This document shows, in pieces, positions 19,417 to 28,572 of a DNA stretch of 51,634 bases (positions within the stretch are counted from its first letter, which is position 1; every line of letters starts with the position of its first letter). The notes under the pieces were generated by a model, which saw only the letters and a list, made by a program, of their open reading frames with translations, made no database searches and was not told the origin of the DNA. Both the position numbers and the translations under genes were made by a program. The stretch comes from Chloroflexota bacterium (GTDB lineage: Bacteria; Chloroflexota; Anaerolineae; Anaerolineales; Anaerolineaceae), in assembly GCA_034189815.1 (NCBI GenBank), contig JAXHUD010000001.1, positions 1-51,634 on the forward strand, in the 5' to 3' direction.

Positions 19417-20313
19417 TTATACGACGGGGTGTTCCTCTTTGGTTCCGTTTTCCATGACGTACATAGTATCGAAGGCAGTGATCGCGACTTCAAGCATCTT
19501 TTCGGTGGGTTCGCGGGTGGTCATATTCTGTAAAGCGAGGTTCGGTTTGATGATGAACCGGACAAACCCCAAATCAAGATGTTGTGACAAAAGCCGAATG
19601 TATTCATAGGCGATGCCGGCCAGAACAGGGATCATCAGGAGCCGAGAAAGCAGTCGCCAATGCAATGGCAGGGGGCCAAGCAGTGAGAAGACAATGATCG
19701 AGAGCAACACCAGGGTCAGGATAAAGGAGGTCCCGCAGCGCGGATGCTGCAGGGAATATGCCTTGACGACCTCGGGGCGCAGCGCCGCCCCCGCTTCAAA
19801 AGCATTGATCGTTTTATGCTCTGCGCCATGATACATGAAGACGCGTTCAATGTCCGGCATCTTGGCGATCAACCAAAGATAGCCTATCAGGAGCACCAGA
19901 CGGATCAAACCCTCGATCAGATTGATGACCCAGGGTTGTATAGCCCAGACCCGGGCCAGCAGGCCGGAGAGCAGCGCTGGCAGCAGGAAAAATAATCCCA
20001 CCCCGAAAACGATGGAAACGCCCAGAGTGAGATAGAGCGCAGGGCCCTCCAACTGTTCATCCTCACCGGTCTGGATGTTGGCGGAGGTGGTCAGGAAACG
20101 CATGCCAAGCCCCATCGCATCCCACAGGAGCACCAGTCCGCGCAGGAACGGGATCTTGCGGATCTTGCTGGTGTAGATCCCGGTTAGTTTTTCTTTTGTG
20201 ATAACAATTTCACCTTCTGGGTCGCGGTTCGCCATTGCGACGGAGGATTGACCTCGCATTAAAACGCCTTCGATAACTGCTTGTCCGCCGTATGCCGGCA
20301 TTTTCTCTTCCAT
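19417..20313 (-). CDS. DUF1385 / YqhQ-like membrane protein
   Basis: YGGQAVIEGVLMRG, YHGAEHKTIN, HPRCGTSF, TTREP. Confidence 0.88.
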   Translation of the reverse strand: MEEKMPAYGGQAVIEGVLMRGQSSVAMANRDPEGEIVITKEKLTGIYTSKIRKIPFLRGLVLLWDAMGLGMRFLTTSANIQTGEDEQLEGPALYLTLGVSIVFGVGLFFLLPALLSGLLARVWAIQPWVINLIEGLIRLVLLIGYLWLIAKMPDIERVFMYHGAEHKTINAFEAGAALRPEVVKAYSLQHPRCGTSFILTLVLLSIIVFSLLGPLPLHWRLLSRLLMIPVLAGIAYEYIRLLSQHLDLGFVRFIIKPNLALQNMTTREPTEKMLEVAITAFDTMYVMENGTKEEHPVV

Positions 20314-20332
20314 GATTGTATACTTTCTGCTA

Positions 20333-21703
20333 TTAGAAACTTAAGAAGAAGCGGATCAGCGCCTCAACGCCCTTCCTGTGGGAGGGGAGGTGCAGCCGCT
20401 CGTTGGGGGAATGGATCTGGTCATCAGGGAGGCCGAAGCCGGTGATGATCGAATCAACACCCAGGATGTTCTTCATCGAGGTTGCAACCGGAATTGAACC
20501 GCCTTCACGCTTTTTGAGCGGTTCAACCTGCCAGGTATCTCTGAGCGCCTGGATGAATAAGTCCAGCCCGGCCACATCGTTTTCATTGATGTAGGCCGGC
20601 GCGCCTGACATGTAATCCAGTTCCCATCTTACCGTATCAGGTACATTCGCTTCAAGATAGGCTTCCAACCCTTCCTGGACAGCATGCGGTTGCTGGTCGG
20701 GCACCAGGCGGGTGGAAATCTTAGCCATAGCGTAGGCTGGAATTATGGTCTTCGCGCCGGGTTCGATATACCCCGCGTAGAGACCATTGACATCCAATGT
20801 GGGGCGAGCGCCAACTCGTTCCACAGGGGTAAAGCCGGATTCACCGGCGAGTGCGGGGACGCCTGAGATGTCCTTGAAGAACGCTTCGTCCATACCAATC
20901 CGGGAAAGGTCTTCCCGTTCCTGATTCGACAACTCACGAACGTTGTCATAGAAACCGGGGAGTGTCACCCGGCCCTGGTCGTCGTGCATCCCGGCGATTA
21001 GTGCAGCGAGAACGTTGGCCGGGTTAGCGATCACACCGCCAAATATGCCGGAGTGCAGGTCAGCATTGGGACCGTAGATGCGCACTTCGAAATAAGCCAT
21101 CCCTCGCAGGGCGTAAATGACCGTGGGTTGATCCGGAGCCAGCATGCCAGCATCCGTGTTCAGGACAAGATCGCAGGCCAGGAGGTCTTTATGCGATTCG
21201 AGGAAGGGATCCAGGCTGGGTGAGCCGATTTCCTCTTCGCCTTCGAATATGATTTTAATATTGACCGGGAGGTCGCCCGTCTTCAGGATAGATTCGAGGG
21301 CGGATATATTAGCCCAGACCTGCCCTTTCATGTCGGATGCGCCTCGCGCATAGAGATAATCGCCGCGCACCGTGGGTTCGAAAGGCGGTGTCTCCCATTG
21401 ATCCATGGGGTCCGGCGGTTGGACGTCGTAATGGCCGTAGATCAGGACGGTAGGTTTATCCTCATTTTTCAGATAATCTGCATAGACGATTGGGTGCCGG
21501 GGGGTCTCATACACTTTCACATTTTGAAGGCCGATCGATTCTAATTTATTGACAAGGAACTCGGCCGCTGATTTCAGATCATCGCGGTGTTCTTCCGAGG
21601 TTGAAACGGAAGGGATCTCTAATAGCTTCAGGAATTCCTGGTAGAGGTCGTCATCGTGGGACCGGTAATAGCCATGGGCGCGGTCAAAATTTGATGGGGT
21701 CAT
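20333..21703 (-). CDS. M20 family dipeptidase
   Basis: YGHYDVQP, ARGASDMKG, EGEEEIGS, DLHSG, GGSIP, HSPNE. Confidence 0.92.
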   Translation of the reverse strand: MTPSNFDRAHGYYRSHDDDLYQEFLKLLEIPSVSTSEEHRDDLKSAAEFLVNKLESIGLQNVKVYETPRHPIVYADYLKNEDKPTVLIYGHYDVQPPDPMDQWETPPFEPTVRGDYLYARGASDMKGQVWANISALESILKTGDLPVNIKIIFEGEEEIGSPSLDPFLESHKDLLACDLVLNTDAGMLAPDQPTVIYALRGMAYFEVRIYGPNADLHSGIFGGVIANPANVLAALIAGMHDDQGRVTLPGFYDNVRELSNQEREDLSRIGMDEAFFKDISGVPALAGESGFTPVERVGARPTLDVNGLYAGYIEPGAKTIIPAYAMAKISTRLVPDQQPHAVQEGLEAYLEANVPDTVRWELDYMSGAPAYINENDVAGLDLFIQALRDTWQVEPLKKREGGSIPVATSMKNILGVDSIITGFGLPDDQIHSPNERLHLPSHRKGVEALIRFFLSF

Positions 21704-21933
21704 TTTATTCCTTCCTTGTATAGATCGTATTGATTATATGCCATAACGGATACGAAGGGGAGGTCTTAGGCTTTAATAAAATATTATAAACGACGGCCTG
21801 GTGGTCAAAATCCAATTTATTAAGGCGATGGGCCTATATTTCTTTTATGCATGGGCAGTACAATAAAAATATGTAACCAGATTTATTAGTTACACATCTA
21901 AATAAAATCAAAAATGAGGAGTGAGATAATTTT

Positions 21934-22893
21934 ATGACAACTGACAACGAAAAAGAGATCGTAAAACGAAAATTGATCATATTAGGTTCCGGTCCTGCCG
22001 GACTTTCCGCCGCGCTTTATGCTGCAAGAGCGCATCTTGATCCGTTGGTGCTGACGGGTATGGTTCTGCATGGTCAGGCTTCCAACACGGACACAATCGA
22101 GAATTATCCGGGCTTTCCCGAAGGGGTGGGCGGGACGGAGTTGGGACAGCTTTTCCAGACCCAGGCGGAGCGATTTGGCGCTGAAATCGAAATGGACCAC
22201 GCCGTAGCGGTTGATCTGGAACATCGACCATTGACCATCGAATCCTATGGCAAAAAATATGAGACCGATAGCCTGATCATCTCCACAGGCGCGGACCCGC
22301 GCAAGTTGGGGATCCCGGGCGAGAAGGAGTTTACAGGGAAGGGTGTTTCCTATTGCGGGACTTGTGATGGCTGGTTCTTCAAGGATAAGGACATCATTGT
22401 CGTCGGCGGAGGCGATAGCGCGCTCGAAGAAGGTTTATTCCTGACACGATTTGCCAATTCGGTGACCATTATTCACCGTCGGGACGAATTGCGCGCCGGT
22501 GCAATTTTAAGAAAGCGAGCATTCGAACATCCCAAGATCGATTTTATTTGGGATACCATAGTCACAGAGATTGTCGGCGACGAAAAAATTAATGCCGTGC
22601 GCCTTGAAAATACAAAGACGGGCGAAAGCAGCATGCACGAAACGGATGGCGTCTTTATCTTTATCGGCCATATTCCGAACTCAGATTTGTTCGAGGGGCA
22701 ATTGGAAATGGATGATATGGGTTATGTGATTACGAATAAATACATGGAGACTTCGATCCCCGGCGTTTATGCCGCAGGTGAGATCACAGATCCCCACTTC
22801 CGCCAGGTGATCACGTCTGCCGGGATGGGCGCAGCTGCGGCCATCAAAGCGACCCACTATTTAGAAAACCTGGAAGCTGAACAAAACGAGTAA
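21934..22893 (+). CDS. trxB: Thioredoxin-disulfide reductase
   Basis: GSGPAGLSAALYAAR, ENYPGF, GVSYCGTCDG, GGGDSALEE, HRRDELRA, QVITSAG. Confidence 0.95.
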   Translation: MTTDNEKEIVKRKLIILGSGPAGLSAALYAARAHLDPLVLTGMVLHGQASNTDTIENYPGFPEGVGGTELGQLFQTQAERFGAEIEMDHAVAVDLEHRPLTIESYGKKYETDSLIISTGADPRKLGIPGEKEFTGKGVSYCGTCDGWFFKDKDIIVVGGGDSALEEGLFLTRFANSVTIIHRRDELRAGAILRKRAFEHPKIDFIWDTIVTEIVGDEKINAVRLENTKTGESSMHETDGVFIFIGHIPNSDLFEGQLEMDDMGYVITNKYMETSIPGVYAAGEITDPHFRQVITSAGMGAAAAIKATHYLENLEAEQNE

Positions 22894-22916
22894 AACCTTC
22901 ACATGCTGAAATTAAA

Positions 22917-22945
22917 AAAACCGGAGGGTCATCGCCTCCGGTTTT
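22917..22945. terminator. Bidirectional intrinsic terminator
   Basis: AAAACCGGAGG-gtcatcg-CCTCCGGTTTT between convergent trxB and LysM genes. Confidence 0.85.
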
Positions 22946-22968
22946 ATGTTTATTTTTAGTATTCTTCA

Positions 22969-24144
22969 TCAGGGCGTGGGTGTGGATGCGGCCGCACCTG
23001 TGGCGTACCAGCTAAAAACCCGTTCAATGCTGAGGTTCCCGGCGGAAACCCAATTCTGGTTGTCTTCCTCGTCACCACCAATTTGGCGGGCGATGAAAAC
23101 GGACCACCGGAAAACGTGCGGTCGACCATCGGTGGGCGCCAGTGATTGGGGAATGATATAGGATGTATCCGTGACGTAATCCACAACGGGCGTCTTGTCC
23201 TCGCTGGTCAGGTCCACAATTGTCACAGCGTAAGCTTCGTCGCCTTCAATTTCGCCAACGGCAGCCCACTGCAGGGTGATTACGCTGTTTGCGCCGACGA
23301 AGGAAGCGCCATCGGCCGGGAGCAGCAGGTTCGGGCCTGGATACGGCGGCTGCTGCGTGGGGGTCGGTGTCGGTCCAGGGGTTGGCTCGCGCTCGCAAAG
23401 CGGAATGCGAAGATTCATATCCTCGAAGACAGTGTCGTTTGGCAGACTGTTGTACTCTCGGATGGTAGTCTGGCTGATATTGTAAGTGTCTGCAATTGTG
23501 CTCAGCGTATCCCCTGATACAACCGTATAATCCAAAACTTCACAAGCAATCTCCGTCTTCTCAACGTCACTTAAAGTCGCTGTTGGCTGAGGAGACGCTG
23601 TTGGGGTCGGTTGGGGGATGCTGAGCTCGTCCCCTTCGAAAAGTGTGCAGTCCGCGGTCAAGTTGTTCTCCAGGATGATACTCTGGATGGAGATGCCAAA
23701 GGCGGCTGCCACATCGGAACAGGTCTCACCGGCCTTCACCGTGTAGGGGATCGGCGGTAAAGGGGTCCACGACGGCGCCTGCGTGGGCGTTTGAGTGATG
23801 GTTGGCGTGATCGTGATCGTTGGACTGGCGGTCGGTGTACCCGCTTCCTGGGCGATTTGCTCCCCGGGTTCGGCAGTACCGCTCGTGTTGTTCAGGATCA
23901 GGAAGACGACTACGGCGCCAAGGGTGATAAAGAGTGCCAGCATGCCTAATGCTGCAGGCAGACTGAGGGTAATCTCAGGTAGCCTTTTTGCACTGACGCC
24001 GCCGGCCTTTCTTGTATCCGCCTTGACGTCTAATTCTGTACCGCAAACGAGGCACCTGGTTGCGGACTCATTCAAACGTGTTCCGCAAACGGGACAAAGT
24101 TTCGTTTTTGAGGTGTTCGTATCTGGGCTCATAATTCTGGACAA
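22969..24144 (-). CDS. Membrane-anchored LysM protein (zinc ribbon - TM - PT linker - 2x LysM - beta-rich C-terminal domain)
   Basis: CPVC...CLVC, TM helix, Pro/Thr repeats, YTVKAGET and YTVVSGDTLSTIA LysM motifs; start TTG 24144 or ATG 24132. Confidence 0.85.
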   Translation of the reverse strand: MSRIMSPDTNTSKTKLCPVCGTRLNESATRCLVCGTELDVKADTRKAGGVSAKRLPEITLSLPAALGMLALFITLGAVVVFLILNNTSGTAEPGEQIAQEAGTPTASPTITITPTITQTPTQAPSWTPLPPIPYTVKAGETCSDVAAAFGISIQSIILENNLTADCTLFEGDELSIPQPTPTASPQPTATLSDVEKTEIACEVLDYTVVSGDTLSTIADTYNISQTTIREYNSLPNDTVFEDMNLRIPLCEREPTPGPTPTPTQQPPYPGPNLLLPADGASFVGANSVITLQWAAVGEIEGDEAYAVTIVDLTSEDKTPVVDYVTDTSYIIPQSLAPTDGRPHVFRWSVFIARQIGGDEEDNQNWVSAGNLSIERVFSWYATGAAASTPTP

Positions 24145-24237
24145 GTATACCTCATGGTTGGAAAGTTATCCAATGACCAGTAAATGGTCAGTAAATGACT
24201 TTTTTGTGCGTAAGGGTGGGGTGGTATAACTAGGGAT

Positions 24238-25419
24238 ATGAACGTGAGTCTGTACATCCACATGCCGTTTTGCCGACATCGCTGCCATTATTGTGATTTT
24301 ATCACAACAACCGGTCAGGAGGATAAAATTGGCGCGTACATTGAAGCTATTAAAAAAGAATTACGGATAGTCATTACACAAAAAATAAATTTTTCTATTC
24401 ATTCGATTTACTTTGGCGGGGGAACGCCATCGATTATCCCGGCAGAGCACTACGTAAATGTGATTAAACGGATCCGGTCTTCCGGCTTGGTTACCGAGGA
24501 TTGCGAGATCAGCATGGAAGCCAATCCGGGCACCATCTCACCTGCATATCTAGAGGGGGTGAGGCGGGCGGGGATCAATCGTCTCAGTCTGGGTGTGCAA
24601 TCCACGGATCCTTTCGATCTGCAGCGTCTGGATCGCATTCATGATATCAACGACGTGCTCAAGGGTATCCGGGACGCCCGAAAGGCCGGGTTTGATAACA
24701 TTAACCTGGATATGATTTTTGCGTTACCCTGGCAGGGCCTCGATGGCTGGCGACGGTCATTGGACCGTGCGTTGGCGCTTCACCCCGATCATTTCTCGCT
24801 GTACTCCCTGATTGTGGAGCCGGGGACCCCGTTGAACACCTGGTATCAGCGCGGTCTGATCGCTGTCCAGGACCAGGACCTTGAGGCAGAAATGTATGAA
24901 CATGCGATGGCGGCGCTCGAAAATGCGGGGTTCGAACATTATGAGACCTCTAACTGGGCCAGGAAAGAGGATACATTTGATTTCAAATGCCGGCATAATC
25001 TGCAGTATTGGCGTAATGCGCCGTATTTCGGGATTGGCGCTGGGGCACATGGTTACGTTAATAACATCCGAACAGAAAATGTCCATTCGCTCGGGCAATA
25101 CTTGCAAAAGATGGCAGCGGAAGGACAGCCACCCTTGCCATTCCCTCAAAGCCCGGCGACGAAAACTTCGGAGACTGTTGACAGATTGACGCAAATGAAG
25201 GATCAGATGATGCTTGGATTGCGGCTTGTAAGCGAGGGTGTTAACAGGCAAGCTTTTATGAACCGCTTCAGCGAGGACATGGCAGGCGTGTTTGCATCGG
25301 AAATTGAATCTCTTTCCGAGAAGGGCTTGGTAGAGTGGGCGGATGGAGATAAAAAAGCCCTGCGGTTGACCCGCAGGGGGGTGATGGTTGCAAATCAAGC
25401 TTTTATGGCATTTGTCTAG
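24238..25419 (+). CDS. hemW: Radical SAM heme chaperone HemW (HemN-like)
   Basis: YIHMPFCRHRCHYCDF (CxxxCxxC), YFGGGTPS, NRLSLGVQS, HNLQYW. Confidence 0.88.
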   Translation: MNVSLYIHMPFCRHRCHYCDFITTTGQEDKIGAYIEAIKKELRIVITQKINFSIHSIYFGGGTPSIIPAEHYVNVIKRIRSSGLVTEDCEISMEANPGTISPAYLEGVRRAGINRLSLGVQSTDPFDLQRLDRIHDINDVLKGIRDARKAGFDNINLDMIFALPWQGLDGWRRSLDRALALHPDHFSLYSLIVEPGTPLNTWYQRGLIAVQDQDLEAEMYEHAMAALENAGFEHYETSNWARKEDTFDFKCRHNLQYWRNAPYFGIGAGAHGYVNNIRTENVHSLGQYLQKMAAEGQPPLPFPQSPATKTSETVDRLTQMKDQMMLGLRLVSEGVNRQAFMNRFSEDMAGVFASEIESLSEKGLVEWADGDKKALRLTRRGVMVANQAFMAFV

Positions 25420-25425
25420 GACAGA

Positions 25426-26475
25426 TCAGATCACAGATACCCGGGTGCCGTAGCCGGTCTGGTAAAACTTATCCGGCGGGCTGACGGGAGTGACCCAGCG
25501 GAAAATCCATTTCGCTTCATGATTGCGCATATTCACGCAGCCGCTGCTCTGCGGCGTGCCGTAGTTGTTGTGCCAATAACAGCCATGGATGGCGATCCCT
25601 CTGGCAAAGAAGGAGCTCCAGGGGACGCCGGGGAGCACGTAAGCGTTGATATTGTCGCGCTCCGTGCCGCCCATATGTTTGGAGGGATAGGTGGCCTGGA
25701 CGGTGAATTCACCGGCCGGGGTCTGTTTTTCCTGCGTCAACGCGCCTGTGGCGACATTGGTATGCATAACAACCTGATCGCCTTCGTAAGCCGTCAATTC
25801 CTGCCGGGAAATGGATATCTCGATCCGTTTCTCTCCCATCGGCACGTCGGGTGAGATGGGGTCAAACTCGGAATCGGGCACAATCCGCATATATTCCGCG
25901 GGGACAGCGTAATCCAGGCGATCCACCTCGTCAACGAGGTGGTACCAGGGCGTGCCATCCGGGCCGGTGATGATATCCGTGATCCAGTGCGTGCTCTGAT
26001 AGTAAAGCCGATAGATCGGTTCCCAGCCATAAGCGGACGAATAGCGCATCGAATTGGCATAGGGGACCGTGACCTCACCGAGCTGCATCTCCCCTTTGAT
26101 GGCATCAACGACGGGGTTGAGCACCTTCTCCACTTCCTGGAGATAGGCGCGGTGGACATAGCCGCCCCAGACCTTATACCAGACGGGGTTGTAATCGGGG
26201 CCGTATTCCGATTCCACTTCGCCGTACACGTTGATGATCTCGTCTTTGTATCGCTGGTAAAGGATGTTGGTGTTAATGTCTTCACGGGGCGTGCTGCGGA
26301 CGCTGACGGATGTCCTTTCACCGGCTTTTGCGATTTTTGCTACCCGCATCAGCTTATGAGAGGCCGACTTCAGTTCCTTGCCTTCGCCGGAGAGCATTGG
26401 GCGAAAAGCAAGCGAACCGAGGCTAAGTGCGCCTAATTTTAGGAAATTTCTACGTGAAAAGGTCTTATTTATCAT
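25426..26475 (-). CDS. Tat-exported L,D-transpeptidase (YkuD family)
   Basis: SRRNFLK Tat motif; TPAGEF, IAIHG...SSGCVNM catalytic His/Cys. Confidence 0.88.
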   Translation of the reverse strand: MINKTFSRRNFLKLGALSLGSLAFRPMLSGEGKELKSASHKLMRVAKIAKAGERTSVSVRSTPREDINTNILYQRYKDEIINVYGEVESEYGPDYNPVWYKVWGGYVHRAYLQEVEKVLNPVVDAIKGEMQLGEVTVPYANSMRYSSAYGWEPIYRLYYQSTHWITDIITGPDGTPWYHLVDEVDRLDYAVPAEYMRIVPDSEFDPISPDVPMGEKRIEISISRQELTAYEGDQVVMHTNVATGALTQEKQTPAGEFTVQATYPSKHMGGTERDNINAYVLPGVPWSSFFARGIAIHGCYWHNNYGTPQSSGCVNMRNHEAKWIFRWVTPVSPPDKFYQTGYGTRVSVI

Positions 26476-26507
26476 ATAATCAGATTATACCAATAACATG
26501 GGGGTTG

Positions 26508-27281
26508 TCAATCGTCAAACGCTTCGGGCAGAATATCGGCGACAGAGCGTTTGATATGGGTGGGGACGTAGGGGAACTTGTCGATAATTTCCTCTTGGGT
26601 CACACCGCTGAGCACAAGGATGGTTTCCATACCGCTGGTGACGCCCGCGACGATGTCCGTATCCATCCGATCACCGATCATGATCGTGTTCTCGGAGTGG
26701 ACGTTGAGGAAGTTCAGCGCTGTCCGCATCATGAGGGCGTTCGGCTTACCGACGAAAAAGGGGGAGACGCCGCTGGCTTTCTCAATCAGGGCTGCCATGG
26801 CGCCGCAGGCCGGTACAAGGCCGCCCTCGCTTGGGCCGGAGGCATCGGGGTTGGTTGCAATGAAGCGGGCGCCGTTATCGTGGATCAGGCGGATCGCTTT
26901 CTTGATCATCTGGAAGTTATAGGCCGTTGTCTCTCCCAGCACAACATAGTCCGGGTTGACATCGGTGATCACATAGCCGATGTTGTGGATTGCTTCTGTC
27001 AGACCGCTCTCGCCTAATACAAAGGCTTTGCCGTCAGGCCGCTGCTGATGCAGGAAGGCTGCTGTGGCCAGCGCCGAGGTGAAGATCTGATCCTCTTCGA
27101 TCAGGATCCCGGCAGCCTGTAGCCTGTGGGCCAGGTCACGCGGGGTGTACATTGGGTTGTTGGTGAGGAGCAGGAATTTCCGACCCTGTTCACGCAGTTT
27201 GGAAATAAATCCATCTGCGCCGGGGATCATTTGGCTGCCTTGTAGTAAGACACCGTCCATATCCATGATAAAGTTTTTCAT
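26508..27281 (-). CDS. HAD-IIA hydrolase (NagD-like)
   Basis: [28 protein letters not shown]. Confidence 0.92.
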   Translation of the reverse strand: MKNFIMDMDGVLLQGSQMIPGADGFISKLREQGRKFLLLTNNPMYTPRDLAHRLQAAGILIEEDQIFTSALATAAFLHQQRPDGKAFVLGESGLTEAIHNIGYVITDVNPDYVVLGETTAYNFQMIKKAIRLIHDNGARFIATNPDASGPSEGGLVPACGAMAALIEKASGVSPFFVGKPNALMMRTALNFLNVHSENTIMIGDRMDTDIVAGVTSGMETILVLSGVTQEEIIDKFPYVPTHIKRSVADILPEAFDD

Positions 27282-27320
27282 TAATTACTATTTCTTTCTC
27301 TCTTGACTAATAGTTACCCC

Positions 27321-28499
27321 TTATTCTACATTATTCTCTCGAAAATCAAAAGATATCAAGCCGATCTCCGGCGGGCTGAGGAAGCGGACGCGCGGCGCGC
27401 CGTCGCCCTCCAGGCCGATGCCACGAGAAACGATAAGGTCTAATGATTGATTGATGTGATAATGGCCCTGGGCTAACCGCAACCCGTAGAGTGAGGCTGC
27501 GTATATGGGACCAAAAAAGGGTAACTGTACCTGGCCGCCATGTGTGTGACCTGAGAGCTGCATATGGATGCCCGTCTCCGCAATAGCCGGAGCCAGGTCA
27601 GGGGAATGATAAAGCAGGATGTTATACCCAGCGGATATTGGATCTGCTGCTATCATTTCCTGGAACCGCACCAGATCGTCATGCGGCCGGTGGGTACAGC
27701 TCAGGCCGTAAAGATTGATTTCGGTGTCATCGGTCTCAAGCGAGATTCCTTTTTTATCCAAGAGGATGAACCCTGGGTCTTCTCCCAGGTTTCTGAACGC
27801 CTCCTCAAGGTCCACAGAAGGGCTGCCCGTTGAAGCATAAATGCCATAGCTTGACTTAATCCGTGAAAAGAATGTCTGGATATCCTTGGCCGTCTGGGGA
27901 TCAAACCGCTGAGAAAGGTTGAAGAAATCCCCTGAGAAGAGCACCAGATCAGGCTGCAGGGCGTTGACCCGGCGGATGATTCTTTCCTCTAATTTAGAAA
28001 AATAAGCCATGTGCAGGTCGCTGAGGTGCACGATCCGTAATCCTTCGAGGCCCTTGATGTTTGTGGGGACGGTGTAGGATTGCGTCACCGGGTATTGTGG
28101 TTCGATCATAAACCCATAAATGACCAGTGCTGTTCCAATGGCCTGGAACACGATCGCCGCCGGAATGGGGAGGAACATAAACGGCAGCCGGAGCAAGCCC
28201 AATATGACGGTGGTGAGATTAGGTGGGCCGAAGGAGATTTTGAGCCTTGGGAGGAGTGCCAGAATCAGCAGATCCAACAGCATGGCCCCGGACCAAATTA
28301 GTGTTTTTGTGAGGTTGGAGGTCACCAGATAGAAAAGACCGCCAAGCAGAACCGGAAACAATAGGACCGGTATTTTTACCAGAACATCGTTGATATCGTT
28401 TATCATATGGAAAGGATGTTCATCCGTCCCGGGGAAATACTCGCGATCAGAGAAGTCCTGAGGGGTAATTTCGATGGTGTGCTTTTTTGATTTGCTCAT
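27321..28499 (-). CDS. Membrane-anchored calcineurin-like metallophosphoesterase (YkuE-like)
   Basis: N-terminal TMs; SDLH, GDFF, HSPD, SGHTHGGQ, VSRGIG, PPEI; start moved to ATG 28499. Confidence 0.82.
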   Translation of the reverse strand: MSKSKKHTIEITPQDFSDREYFPGTDEHPFHMINDINDVLVKIPVLLFPVLLGGLFYLVTSNLTKTLIWSGAMLLDLLILALLPRLKISFGPPNLTTVILGLLRLPFMFLPIPAAIVFQAIGTALVIYGFMIEPQYPVTQSYTVPTNIKGLEGLRIVHLSDLHMAYFSKLEERIIRRVNALQPDLVLFSGDFFNLSQRFDPQTAKDIQTFFSRIKSSYGIYASTGSPSVDLEEAFRNLGEDPGFILLDKKGISLETDDTEINLYGLSCTHRPHDDLVRFQEMIAADPISAGYNILLYHSPDLAPAIAETGIHMQLSGHTHGGQVQLPFFGPIYAASLYGLRLAQGHYHINQSLDLIVSRGIGLEGDGAPRVRFLSPPEIGLISFDFRENNVE

Positions 28500-28524
28500 A
28501 AGACATGAATCTACCACAAAATAA

Positions 28525-28552
28525 AAGCCACTGTGCATTCGCGCAGTGGCTT
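28525..28552 (-). terminator. Intrinsic terminator after the acetate-CoA ligase gene
   Basis: Minus strand AAGCCACTGCGC-gaat-GCACAGTGGCTT followed by TT. Confidence 0.75.
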
Positions 28553-28572
28553 GTAAGATCTATGCCAGGCGT

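Noticed and set aside
23340-23850. Repetitive GT-rich DNA as a possible repeat array or CRISPR
   Set aside because: Explained by Pro/Thr linker codons in the LysM protein; no constant repeat-spacer period.
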